Below are positions 1 through 13,500 of a stretch of 64,000 nucleotides of DNA, piece after piece. The stretch comes from Laetmonice hystrix. Lineage: Eukaryota. Location of the stretch: the NCBI GenBank assembly GCA_965235115.1, contig OZ249436.1, positions 42,720,001-42,784,000 on the forward strand. The letters are read 5' to 3'. The notes below the pieces were generated by a model. That model saw nothing but the letters and a program-made list of their open reading frames with translations, ran no database searches and had not been told where the DNA came from. Positions within the stretch are counted from its first letter, which is position 1; each line of letters opens with the position of its first letter. The translations under genes and the position numbers were made by a program.

Positions 1-406
1 ATTTTTACGCCAAAAACACAAAATTGGCAGTGACAGCAAACAGAATCATACCAACATTTAAATAAATGCATCATTACAATATTATTCAACATCAGAAGGG
101 AGGATTGTCAGGATTATTCATAGACATTTCGTTGTCGACGTTGAAACTATGTTCAGATAGCTTTAAAAAAAACACTGAGCACTCTGCAGATTGATGGGGG
201 GATATCCCCCTCATGTCCCAATCATGGGGGGGGGGGGGGATAAATCCCTCCCCTCTGTATGAAACCCTGACTCCATGTTGATACTGAAAATTGTTTATTG
301 AAGTAAAATGATTTTACATTGCTTTGTTTTAAAAAAGTGCAAAGTCTTTATACTGTACTTGACAATTTTTTTCTTGTAAGAAGAAGTTGACAATTTTACC
401 ATATAT

Positions 407-2352
407 GGGCCATTTTCACAGAAACGTGCCAGTAACGGTAAAGACAATTAAAAAATAAAACTTATTTTGTTTTTGGCCAAAGACAGGTGAATCCCTCTCC
501 TTTCAATGATATATAAGATTCTACGGAGCTGCAACACTGGAAACTGCAAATTTTTCATAAAGATTGAAAATTAAGTTTTACACGGATGTCTTTACCGTTA
601 CCATAGTAACAGGAAAGACAGGTGTGTCTTTACCGTTACCATGAAAAGTTAACAAACTTTAGTAGGCCTAGAAGGGAGGTCAAATGAAACAACTATGAGG
701 TTATTCTGACCTGTTAGAGGTAATATAATACTGTGTCAAGTTGATTGATGCCAAGGCTTTGCATTGAAACAGTAAGAAACTTAACATGTACTGTAACCAG
801 TAACGGTAAAGAGATGTCTTTACCGTTACTAAGTAACGGTAAAGACATGTCTTTACCGTTACTCTCATCACCTGGATAAAATATTAACTACTAACTTCAT
901 GAATATTATAAAAACTTTTTTATTTAAACACAAATAGGTAAAAGGAATAATCATAACAGGACTCCCTGAATGATTAAAAATTAATAGAAGGAGCATACTG
1001 GCATAATATCGCCTGCATGACCCTCATCATTTCTGCTTTTGATTTAGGTTTTGAACCACCGGCACGAGGGCATCCTGGATAACTTTAATCTGGAAAAGAT
1101 AGGAAATTTAAAAGTTACACAATGTGATATTTTATATTTTGTTATAATTTTTTTTTACAACATATTAATATACATTTCTTATAATTTCAGAAATACAATG
1201 ACGATGAATAAGTTGTTTACACCTGGAGATGGGAATACTAACTTTTAAAAATTATCATTTAGCATTTGATAATGATAAACCTCCAAATAAGTGGAATCAA
1301 ACTTTTTCATAGCCTAGAAAATTAGTCAGAATTACTTTCTAACAATCCTGTTGGTCTACTCATTTAACATTTTTAGCACATGGAAAAGACCTAAATTCTA
1401 AAGTTCTGAATCAATTTGCCCTTTGACCTTGAAATTTTTTGTTAATGTGCCTTTATCAGTCCACCAGTGTTTTCCAAGATCATACACTGATCCAGAGTCC
1501 AGCAATGTTAAAAAAAAATCTGGATTATATTAATTATGTCTTCACCGTTACCATCTTGTCTCTGCCGTTACCTGTGAAAGGTAATGGTAAAGACAAATTT
1601 CAGTAACGGTAAAGACACCTTTTGAATTCTACAAAATGACTTTTTGCCATGTGCCCCCTAAATTTCTGTTCAGATAAGGACAATAAAACCTGTTTAATTG
1701 ATAAATGTTTGCTACAAAGATTCTATGAGTTTTCATACATTTATTGATGGTAACGGTAAAGACGATTAATTAATGAGACATAATAGATTACGTAAACTTA
1801 CCTGACAGATTCTTACAACAGTTTAAAACATAAGTTTGACTTTGAAGACAATATGGCTTCCTTATATCCTGGTCTTGTTCTGTGTACTGTAGCAGTACCA
1901 TCTGTTGAGTTTGGGTGAAGTTATCTTGTAGCTTGTTGTTTATGGTAACGGTAAAGACATGGGTCTTTCAAAACTCCGGCCAAAGTATCCATGGCAGCAA
2001 AATTATGCAATAATCGCAAGAGAGTAATAAATATTCCTTTTCGTGAAGGCTTAAGTAATTGTTATTATGGAAACAGAGATTATAGTTCCACCAATAAAGC
2101 CAATTGCGACATTGCAAAGGTTTTGTAATGGAGGTTCCACTTTTGCCAGGTAACGGTATGGACATTTTTGCCATGTTAATATCTGGCATTTGTGTTTGGT
2201 ATAGCAAGGAACTATAAAACAATTTTCTTTTTAGTGGAAAAGTCATTTTTTATTAATTTCTCCCCCAAAAATTATGTTATGATGCTGCAGTTGACCAAAA
2301 AAGGCATGGACACTTTTTACTTATAATGTGCACACTTTGCTGAAAATGGCCC
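407..2352. mobile_element. Non-autonomous TIR DNA transposon (possibly Sola2-like) in H2A.Z intron 3
   Basis: TIR GGGCCATTTTCA (407-418) / TGAAAATGGCCC (2341-2352), flanked by ATAT on both sides. About 13 internal copies of GTAACGGTAAAGAC in both orientations. No transposase ORF. Superfamily inferred from termini and TSD only. Confidence 0.75.
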
Positions 2353-4508
2353 ATATACCCCTGATTTGAACATGCACCCCCATTCCCCCCTTAGTTGTCC
2401 CTAACCGCCTGCTTTTGACATTCACCCCCAATGCCCCCCCTGGGTCCCTACGCACCCCCAGCATGCCTCCATTCACCCCTGGGGGTGCATGTGCACCTCG
2501 GTTGGGAACTTCAAAGCTACCCTCATTTCCTTTGTTTATCCTCTGCCGTTATAATTACCTTCGCTTTAGAAATGGAAAGCTTCGCGCAAACGGTAGCAAA
2601 GAGTTTACAATGCATGTACTGGCAATTAATGTGAAAGGACCATCTACAAATTATGAACGAATTTGTTAATCTCTGTTAATTGGGTCCACTCCTCTATTTT
2701 GCTGTGCAGTTCTACTGCCCCCCCCCCCTGAGATTTTTAAATCACCTTAGGTGGAGTGAGTGCTAAGCACAATCCCTGTATATGATGTATGTACATATCA
2801 ATAGTTCCTTTGGCTGAAACTAAAATAGCGACTGTTGTATTATATGCTTAAGTCTCTTGAAATTTCTGCTAGTCCCAATAGAATTAATTGTTTTCCAGAT
2901 TAGTTAAAACAGCCCTAAAGCAGGCCTTGCCGTTTGATGGGTGCGATCACGCTTGCGCCCCCGCAAAATTTGTTTAAGAAGGGCTGTTCATCGTGCCCCT
3001 CAAATTTACTGACTGAGGCGAACCCTCAGCCATGTCTGAGGCAACCTCAAAAACGCTCTCTGTCTCCCCCTTGACCCCCAGTCATTGAGTTAACCATTTC
3101 CAAGACGGCTCCCTGGACCTCTTTAGCCTATGCCAAACCTTATAAACTACCGAGTTTACCCGGAAACACCTAAAAGTGGGAGAGGATCGATTTCTAGGGG
3201 AGTGATTTAGCTCTCCTCGGATAACCAAGGGGAGCGATGGATTTCAAATGGCAAGCACTGCCTAAAGGTTTACTAACTTTACTCCCCTGGTAGGTAAGTT
3301 TCAATTCAAGGCTTGGCTATGTGCTACTAGTTTCAATTCCAAATGGATGTTTCTATCTGTAGTTTGCATTCCCCTGGGAGACGTAGGTCGCCGCAATATC
3401 ACCGTCAAAGTCGCCAAATTTGCTGTTATTATGTATTGACTGGCCGTTTGGCGATGTCGCCTTTCGACGAGGAATATTCTTAGTAAGACGGGCCCCAGGA
3501 AAGTCAATGTGGATTTCGGGACCCCTAAATCTAGATGTTTTTCTTTAGTACCTGTGACTGAACAGCTGCCTTACTAAAATTCTTAGCCACATTTAGATTT
3601 GTTCTTCCCACCAACCAGTATTTTAATGTTGACAAGTACGACAATCCATGCTGTGTTTTTTTTAAGTTCCCCAAGTTAGCAGATCACACGTATGACATTG
3701 CAAAACTACTAATATTAATAATAAGACATGATGTACGGTTGTACCGTACTGTTGTGTTTGTGTTACTGATTTAGCCTCCCCATCTATGACACCGCTCTAA
3801 ACTACCAAGACATGTCAACCAGTCCACAGTAATAGAGGAGTCTACTGGAGACAGTGTCTAGTGTATGGATTCTAATACACATGTATTACTAGTGTATTGT
3901 AATTTGTAGGTTGGATTTTCACGCTCAACCCCTCAGTTGAACGGTGAGCAACGGTGAGTAACGCTAACTCTAAGTCTAACACCCCAAAGCCAAAGTCAGG
4001 CTAATTATTTATAACCTCAGTCAGTCGTAGCAAGAAGCCACTGGCACTGGTTCAGTCAGCAAGTCTAACAAACAAAGAAAGTGGGCCTAAACTAACGCGA
4101 TCATAACACACTTCGGGTCACCGCTGCCCGAGTGACAACACAATGTTTTGACTTAGAAATGGCGCGCTAATATGGCTGTTTCCCGCCATATTCAAACTGT
4201 TTATTTCCGCTCTCATCATAAGCTTACATGGCGAATAGATCCAAACTTGAGCGATGGTATGTATCCATTACCATTTGAATTCAAGTGAAAACGTTTTCCA
4301 CACTGTCTCTGTGGCGACAAATTCTACTGCGCGGGTGATGGGCATTCAAAAACCCAGTTGGCGTCCCTGGCCACCGCTTCTCGCAGTCGATATTTGGGGT
4401 ACACAGGATAATCAACATCCGAGACCCGAACCGAACTCGACATTTCCACAAAAACCACTCTATTTCATCATCCACCAATGAACGTATAGAAATTTTCAAT
4501 TAGCTTAC

Positions 4509-4978
4509 CTCAGCCGTTAAGTATTCGAGAATAGCTGCACTGTATACTGCCGCTGTAGCCCCGACACGACCATGACTTGTTGTACGGTTCTTCAGATGCC
4601 TGTGAATACGTCCGACAGGGAACTGAAAAATGTAAACATTGCGTCGTGTCAGGCAATGCGTACGAACACAAAGATCGACATAGAGCTATGAACATATAGA
4701 AACACTATAATAGACATTCTTTACAAAAATACTGAATAATAACGCTTACCTGAAGCCCGGCCCTCGCAGAACGAGAAACCGCCTTTGCCTTCGCCTTTCC
4801 TGAATCTTTTCCAGCTTTCCCACCAGCCTGTAAAAAAATAAAGAAAACTACGGTTAAAACTACGAGTTCGATCTCCAAACTTTGCCAGGTAAATATTGAG
4901 ACCGTTATCTTTCGAAATCTAGCAAAAACGAAATCGGATGGCGACAGGAAAGACAAGAATTTTACGGATACAAACCAT
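4509..4978 (-). CDS. H2AZ: Histone H2A.Z (H2A.V), exons 1-3 only; remaining exons lie left of the window
   Basis: Exons 4976-4978 (ATG), 4750-4827 ([26 protein letters not shown]) and 4509-4622 ([38 protein letters not shown]). All GT-AG, with the typical H2A.Z 3/78/114-nt layout. I could not find the VLELAGN exon in 1-4508. Confidence 0.96.
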
Positions 4979-5051
4979 CTCGAATTCTTTGTTCTGTCTT
5001 TACACAGTCAACCGACGCTAACCAGCACCCGCCAAATTGAGGTCAAATACA

Positions 5052-5122
5052 TTTATACGGCACGGTCACGTGATCAAACAGTCCAATCACAGATCCTGTA
5101 ACTTCTTTGGTACCGCCATTTC
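5052..5122 (-). promoter_or_regulatory. Putative H2A.Z core promoter
   Basis: TATAAA on the minus strand at 5052-5057, about 75 nt upstream of the ATG. E-box GTCACGTGA near 5066, CCAAT near 5083, YY1-like CCGCCATTTT near 5114. Confidence 0.55.
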
Positions 5123-6090
5123 TATTGCCCTGAAATGCCACCGTGTGGCGCTGTCATCGCCATAACACATTTTGCCGCGAAATTTGCAGCAAAGAAACGG
5201 TCGGATCGTGAGCGGACGCCAAGTGACAAAAGCTCGCTTATCGCTCGTTCATGGACTGGCGCCGTCTTGAGGTCCTGCGACTTTGCCGGCGTTTCTATTC
5301 TGTGTAGACTCTTTAGAAGCTCATCTAAACATACTAAAAAATATTCATGGCTCTGCCACTAGCCTAGATAATGCCCTATAGGCCCCCTATCGGCCCCTAG
5401 GCCTAATTAGGCATAGGCTAGGCCTATAGGCTATAGGCGGCGGAAGGGGAGGCTGCCCCCCCCCCCAATAATTTTATTTGGGGGCCTGCCCCCAATAATA
5501 TGGCTTTTGTAGATTTTTTTATGGCATGTTATTGATGCTCCAAATTACCTTCCACTGAGCATACCTCAAGCAAAATCCCTCCCCCTATATTTTTTTTTTT
5601 TGGGGGGGGGGGGGGGTTCCAGGCAACCCGGAAACCCCCTGCATGGCTACACCCTTGCCAAAATTATAGTCTAGGCCTATAGCCTATAGAGCCCCTAATT
5701 ATGATCTATAGGCAAGGCCGTCATATAGATCTAGGCCATGCAAGGCGTCCTACGTAGGCCTAGATCAACACGTGTGCTACTCTCCCAGCACTGTCCTGGC
5801 GGATCCAAGGGGGGGGGGGGGTCCGGACCCTCCCCCCCCCCTCAAATTTCTCCAGATCTTTTACAACCGAGACTGAATTAAACCACCAAAAGTGCCTTGT
5901 TTTTAGAACCAAAAGTTCTCTTCGGTTTCCAAAGCCCCCTATACTGGCTATAAGCCTAGGCCTATAGGCAGCTTTTCGTGATAAGATTAATTTTTGTTGT
6001 TTGTTGATGTCCCTTTCTATATGCTGGACCAACGAGTATGGCTGGACCGATTTGCCCTTTTTATGCTGGACCCCCCCCCCCCGAACTTAA

Positions 6091-6997
6091 AGGGGCATAC
6101 TATGAAACACGTTTTTGAGGATTTCCGGCTATTATCCAACATAGGCCTAACCGTGTACTGGGGATCCAAGTAAATAATCCTACCACAGCATTTTGTCCTC
6201 CGACGTAATTTCGCTGCGTATGCAGCACAAGTAGGTTTTATACGACCAAACCTAGGCCTATAGATTTCTCCCGATAGCACATCTCCCGCCATAATTTGCT
6301 ATAGACAACCTCCCATCAACCCGTGTAATGAGGGACTTTGTTACCGTCTTTTCCGCGTGGCGGCAGCACTATCAACCCGGTCCCCCTTGGGCCACATTAT
6401 TATGACGTTAGACAGGTCGACGAAATGCTAATCTATCGCTGGGTGACGTAGTGCTATTTGCTATGAAATATTATGGTACGTTTAGGAGTTCTACAACATG
6501 GTGAAGCCTATCAAGTTATTATTTTTCAAAACAAATAGTCTAAACACATCCTGCCACAGATTAGCATTTCGTCGTCCTATCTAACGTCATACTAATGTGT
6601 AGCCAAGAGGACCGGGCGACAGTGCTGCCGCCACGCGGATATGACTGGAAATGTGCCGTTGCGCATGCGTCTCAAGGAGTGTGAAGTCTCTCATTGCATA
6701 CTGTGTCACATCCTGTGTGTGCACTCTCTGCATGTGCTTAGTCACGTGCTTTGCTTAGTTGTAAACAATTCAGCAGTGGCACTCGATTGCCCGGCATCAG
6801 AATGCCACCCAAAAAATATTTTACGAAATCGGCAGAGAAGCGGGCAAGGGAGCTTAATAAACTTCGATTTCTCACGCAAAATGAAACTGATAAGTCTGTC
6901 TTTGTTTACCAAGCAATTTTAATGAAGGATCTCTTTATGAAAACAGCAAAAGTTCTATTAATTACCGATTTTTAACGTTTCCTCATAATATGCCCCT
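6091..6997. mobile_element. Kolobok-like non-autonomous DNA transposon
   Basis: TTAA at 6087-6090 and 6998-7001. TIR AGGGGCATA(C/T)TATGA. Contains an internal inverted repeat of about 85 bp (6352-6435 / 6558-6639). Confidence 0.75.
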
Positions 6998-7521
6998 TTA
7001 ATTCTACGGGGAGGCCTATACATTTATAAATCATCCCAACCCCACTGTAACTCGATTATGCACTTGGTCATTTGCAGTGGTAGATGGGGGGAGGGGGGCA
7101 AGACCCCCTTGGCGCCATTTTTTCTCTTTTTTCCCCTATAGAGCTTTCTGAATTAACCGTGTTGGATCCCTCCCTTTTGCCAGATCTCCCCGTGGACCCC
7201 CCCCCCCCTCCATTGTCTACGCCCATGAGTAGGCTACAAGGAAGGGACCTTTATAGTAGATTGGAAGAAATCAACAAACATAATAACTTTTGAACACTTT
7301 AATACTGAACTACTGCAAAGAAATGGCTGGTTTCGACATCGAGACAAAACGTTGAGAATCAATCCACTGTACGTGTAATAGTCAGAATCAATTTCTTCCA
7401 AATTTATAACAGGAGGCCTACATCGCTTGAGGGTTAACTTTTCCTTAAAAAAATATTTATTTCTTTGTTTTTTTTTCTTTCAACAGTCATTGTCAATTAG
7501 ATCGTTCTGTAATCGATCACG

Positions 7522-10500
7522 TCATTGGTGGATCATTGGGTCGTAATACCGTGGGTCGTAGCCAATATGAGGTTTGTTCTTCGGTTGGGGCAGTAGTGGA
7601 TGTTGGGTGTGTCTTCTGGGGTCTCTCAAAGGTTCAACCTGTCGCCTTGACCTCTGAAATATAAAAATATACATGGGTACACATGTGTGACAGGCGTTTT
7701 AAGCATGCAATTTTTGACATTATAGAATATTTTTTACCATTTTTACAGTGCTCATATGGAGCACATTATTATGTTTGGTTTGACGGCCTCGAGGTTGGGG
7801 GGGGGGGGGGGGGAGTGATACCACAGATATACCTCGGACTTTGAAATGGAAAGCTTCGCGCAAAAAATAGCGAAAAGTTTACAACGCATGTAGGCTACCG
7901 GTAATCAATAATGTGAAAAGGACCATCTACGAATTAATCGGGTCCTCTATTTCCCCTTTCTAAATTATTTGTCTCTTCCCCATTTATATGCTTAATTTGT
8001 AGATGTCGAGATATTTTATTTGGAAAAATGCCCCTCAAACAAAATTACAACCACCTCATGGATGTGTACCAAAAGGAAACAAAAACTGAATAAACGAATC
8101 AATTTAAAGCAATGAAAACACAGACAATACACTTCGATTGACAAATCTAAATTCTGTGATCCAAATTCTGTGAGCATGCATGTGCTGGAAAACTACTTTA
8201 AGCCGAAACTATTGTGCACCTGGTACATTACATACAAACTCCCCCACAAATAAGAGTACCACTACCTCATGTATGAATACCAAAAACAAACAAAAACTGA
8301 ATAAACAACCAGTTTGAAGCAATGAAAACACATTGAGACAATTGATACACTTCGATTGACAAATCCAAATTCTGTGATCCAAATTCCGCGAGCACGTGCC
8401 GGAAAAATTCTTTAACCCGAAACTATTGTGCTTATAGTAGCTGGTTCTTCCACAAAGGTAGAGGGATAAATTTATAAGTAACAGGGATTACATTTGTTTC
8501 TAAACACCTTTGGGTTTGAATCCAATTTACCCCTGGGTATATTTCTTTATGAAAGAAGCCGTTACTACAGTAGTACAACATGAAGCACCATTGCATCTTG
8601 TGCAGGTTAATACCGTATTTTCCTCCTAATTACGGGTATACGTCAGGAAGTTTAAAATGATCCTACAACAGATAACATAAGTTATAAGGTCAGAGTAAAA
8701 AGACAATTGTTTTGTAGCGCAATAATTCCTGCTCCGGAGGTGGTCTATAGCGGAATAGTTTCGGTGTATCAACAGGAACATGACTAGAGCCCCACAGACT
8801 CGCTTCAGACCACGTGACAACCCCCCTTTCGATGGTGATGACATCATGCGTTCCCGTAATAGCCCTCGTAATGGCGCATTCGTTTTGCTACTGCTGACAC
8901 ACCAATATCGGAATGATAGCGGCGCGGTTTCGATATAATTGGCAGTGTGTCACTGTCAACGGGTTCGAGAGTTATCGCTTTTGTTGCGCTATCGTTTATA
9001 CCGCTTCGGTAGCACTACAATATCGCTTGCCATCACACTTGTTGGTGTGTCAACGGTATAAAGCTGCGTTCACACTTGTTACGCCTTCGTTCCGACTTCC
9101 CTATATACCGAAATACCGAATACGATTTCGCTATTTCGGTTGGGGTCACACTGCAGTTGAAACCGACATCGATCCGACATCGATCCGAAATGATCGGCGT
9201 CACACTCAATCCGCAATAGACACCACGCCACCTATACTTTAGATAAAGAACTGCAATCGGGGTGAAGGTCATTCAATTCCAAGATGGATGCGCCCATGGA
9301 TACGAATATGACATTGGCTACTGCGCCTGCGCGGCTTGATGAGTCATCACGTTTTACAGCCTGTTGCGGAATAAGTGCGTCACACTCAGATTGTATTGCG
9401 GCGTAGCTGTATCGCTACTGTTGTGGCGCATCGAAGTCGACACAAGTAACTGGTTTCGCTAGAGCGGTACAAAATGGTTTTGTGCCGATTCAAGTGTGAC
9501 GTACCGAAGTGGAATAACGCCTTATTTCGATTTCGATTCGGTATAAACCCCCAGTGTGAACGCAGCTAACTTTCTTTTCTAAAGCGAAACATCCATGGCC
9601 ATATCAGGGGGACCACATACATATTATTTTCAAAATATGTTTGCCCTGCATGAAATCTTTTTGGGCAACTCTCCCTGTTTTGGTGTATATCCGCCGACCT
9701 ACTAAAAACGATACACTCATGTCTTTCTTCCAAATACAAAGACGGCCCGTATGATCAGACAATGGCCAGTTTTAGTTCTGTAACAGCTGCTGGCAGCTGC
9801 CGTTAAAGGCAGGGTAAACACCCACGGCAAATAAGGTTTCATAGACCAAATGAAACAGCAGCATTTAACTGAGGGCAATAAATGCCACAATTATATGTCA
9901 GAATGAAGTACTTAACGCGTAACCGCCTACCATGGCCCTATCTGGCACCGTTTACAAGTTCTAGGCATAGGTTCAAGGTCACGTGATTCAGCGAATATAA
10001 GTCAAATCGCTTATCATTTGATACAGGGCTGGAATTTCAAATTTTAGGCTACTTGCCCGTCGGGCAAGTAGCCTGAAAAAGTTACTTGCCCAGATCAGAA
10101 GTTACTTGCCCGGATTTCAGAGAGAATTTAAGATAATAGGCATGGTCTATGAGTATTATGCTTTAATTAAACAGTCGTAATTTACCAGCCAGTCAAGTTA
10201 TTTGCAATCACATACACCTCTGTCATACATAAAAACGTTCAATAAACTTGAGCATATATGGGCTTCATGGACCACTGAATGCTTTTCAGATTTGCGCTTC
10301 AGTTAATTAGGACGGCAAATTGAATCACATGTGAAAGTCCCTCTCAAGGTTTTCCAAAAAAGTCGCTATTTGTCTCCACCAGAGAAGAACAGGGGTTGTT
10401 TTCAGGACTTTGAATTTCTCTATGACGTGGGCCATAAGGCCTTGTGTCTGGCCTCCTGCGGCCATGCTGATTCCACAGGCGTCCCTGTCATGTCTTTTTT

Positions 10501-13500
10501 CATCATTCAATCGGCGCTTTGGGGACGATGCTGGTTGGTGGGGGGGGGGGGGGGGGGGGGGAGGCCTGTGTTTCCAGTTGCGATGCATGTCGGCAGATTA
10601 CCTGGCTCAGAGATAAGTGTAGCTGGGCCACGCTGATGCTGCGACAGCCACTCAGGACACACACTGAACAAACAACAACACATGAACAAAAGGAGCACTC
10701 TGGCGACACCCAGGTGGCCAGTTAAAACACACGGGCCGGGGTCAGCTGAGCCAGCCAAATGACCCCCGCTGTTGTTACTGTACTGGAGAAAGATTGAGCC
10801 GCCAAAAGGTCACCCCCTTTAAACAACAGTAACCAAAATAGTTACTCGGCCGGCGGACGAGATACTGGGCTAGACTTACTCGTCCGGACCGAAACTTACT
10901 CGTCTCGGGCAGCCGGACGAGTGGGAAATTCCAGCCCTGTGATACCTTTTGACAAGCTCATGTTAAAGAGTTTTTCTGCCCAATATTGTTGAATTTGATC
11001 CAAAAATGAAGAAGTAGCGATTTCAGAGATTTGTGACCTAGGACCCAGTTCTCCCAAAGTTCAAGGTCAAACGTCAAATGAAGGGTCCATGTTAGGCTAG
11101 ACCCTTGCCTGCTTTACTACTACTAATACAACGCAAAGCATAATAATAATAGGGAAGACGAAACTACACAATCTCAAGATCCCATCCCCTACAGGGGGAT
11201 GGGATAATAATAACAAAATTGCTCCTGTCTCTTACACTAGTTACAGATGTAGAGGCCACAACACCCACCTAAACTGCCATCTGGCGGTAACACGGAGAAC
11301 TAATATGTACAGTGACTGTTTCTCCGTTGCAGGGCGTCAATCATATTTAGAAAATGCGATAAATGACGATACTACATAATTGTTATTAATTAATTTTACT
11401 CGGCTTGGCTGACCATTCTTTATTACATACCGTCCGCGGGGAGGCATCGAACCCCAGTCCTCCATCGTTTGACAACGAAGTCCGACTCAGACCAGCCTCC
11501 GCTTCCTTTAACCTCAAGGTCAGGTCAGACTTCTCTCGCGCCCACGTTCTGGCATTATTGGCAAGCTGTTATAAAATAAGCTGTGTTACTTTAACTTTCC
11601 CCCTGCTTCTCTTCAAAGAGACGCATCACCCCGAAATAACAGTATGTGAGGGAGACCGTGCTCAATTTACGTTATTTCAATTACTCCTCAGGCATCACTC
11701 CTTGATTTCCAGACGGCCCTTTGTGGCCATAACTTGACAAACTTCATGAAAGAGAAACACTAAAGACTGTACATAACTTAACGTTGTGTACGTTCAACCT
11801 GGAATTACTTGGGTTGGATCACTTGAAAGGTTGTTTGTTTAAAGGTTTGTCAATACCTGTTTTTCTAGGGACAGAATGCGTTCGTCTGACCTCCCTAATC
11901 GTTGGTAAAGGTCAAGGCGCTCTCGCTCCTGCTGGTCACTCTCCCTACCAGACATACCTGCCATATCCTTGAATGATAACAGAAATTAATGCTTTTTATA
12001 ATATTAAAAACACGCTTTAAATCTGCATCATTATTTAACTCTTTCTATTTCTGTAAATAGTTTAGTATAGGACAGGTTTATTCAGGTGATATCAGTATAC
12101 ATGGTCTTGTCTTATTACGGTCTTTGGTACCTCCATATAAAGGATTTACTGTCGTGGGTCAGCCCCTTACTGGCATGTTCCTCAATGAAAACAGTCACCT
12201 CTTCAGAGGTCAGACACATTGTCTATGATTTAATCGGTAATACCATAATATTGTATCATGTTACGGATAAAACTAATTATTTTACCTTTGCATCCTGTAA
12301 TTCTGAGCGAAGTCTCCTATTTTCTTCCATCAGTGCTTGATTTACAACTTCGCTGTCACCTGAGTAAATGATACATGGATGTTATTATTCACCAGTATCA
12401 AGATCTGTAGGAAAAGAACCTATTATTTTGCTTTGTAAAAAGATCTTTTAAATAACGTTATCAAGGTCTTTCCTATGTCAAAAGGGTTCCTTGGGACGTG
12501 CCAATAACTGCCATTACTGATCTCTTCTCTTTTACGTCCTGGTTCTGTTTAAATGGCTGGTATTTCTTACTTAGAGTTAACGTCGACAACATTCAATGAA
12601 ACCATTCTCACAATGCTGCATAAATTTAAGACATAAAGGTAGTACCTATTTTCTCCCTACTCGGCCCTTTAGACCTTGAATTGATAATTTTCTCCATCTT
12701 CTCAATGACCTTCTCCTGTTTGCGTATGGCGTCCTCCAACTTGCGTACCTTGGCGGCCCGGTTCTGGAGGCGCTGCAGCACGTCTTGCTGAGTGCTGTGG
12801 GCGTCACTCAGCCTCATGTAGTCTTTCTCTCTGTCATTCTTCTGCAATCAAAACACTCGGATTACTGCCAGCTCCTCCCGACAAATCACTGACTTGAGAC
12901 CTTTTCCCCCTTGAGTGAAGTTTTTTTTGGGTAAATTGTTGAACTTTATTTATCTATAGGCTAGAGGAGGACCCTTTTGGGCTAAGGGGGGAGGGGGGTT
13001 AAAGGTTAAAATGTCTGAAGAAGGGCTTGAGAATCTCACCTTTATTAGTTCATTCTGCAGCTGCAGTACCCTTTCTTTGTAGTCGGATAACTCTGCCACA
13101 TGTCGGGTCATGCTTTGTTTCAGTGAAACTGTATGGTAGGAACAGCAATCAAGTCATCCAAGTATGGTAGGAACAGCAATCAAGTCATCCAAGTATGGTA
13201 GGAACAGCAATCAAGTCATCCAAGTATGGTAGGAACAGCAATCAAGTCATCCAAGTATGGCAGGAACAGCAATCAAGTCATCCAAGTATAGTAGGAACAG
13301 CAATCAAGTCATCCAAGTATGGTAGGAACAACAATCAAGTCATCCAAGTATGGTAGGAACAGCAATCAAGTCATCCAAGTATGGCAGGAACAGCAATCAA
13401 GTCATCCAAGTATGGTAGGAACAACAATCAAGTCATCCAAGTATGGTAGGAACAGCAATCAAGTCATCCAAGTATGGCAGGAACAGCAATCAAGTCATCC

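Noticed and set aside
2560..2690. Segment shared with 7840-7950
   Set aside because: Short dispersed repeat fragment with no ends or coding signal; cannot be classified.
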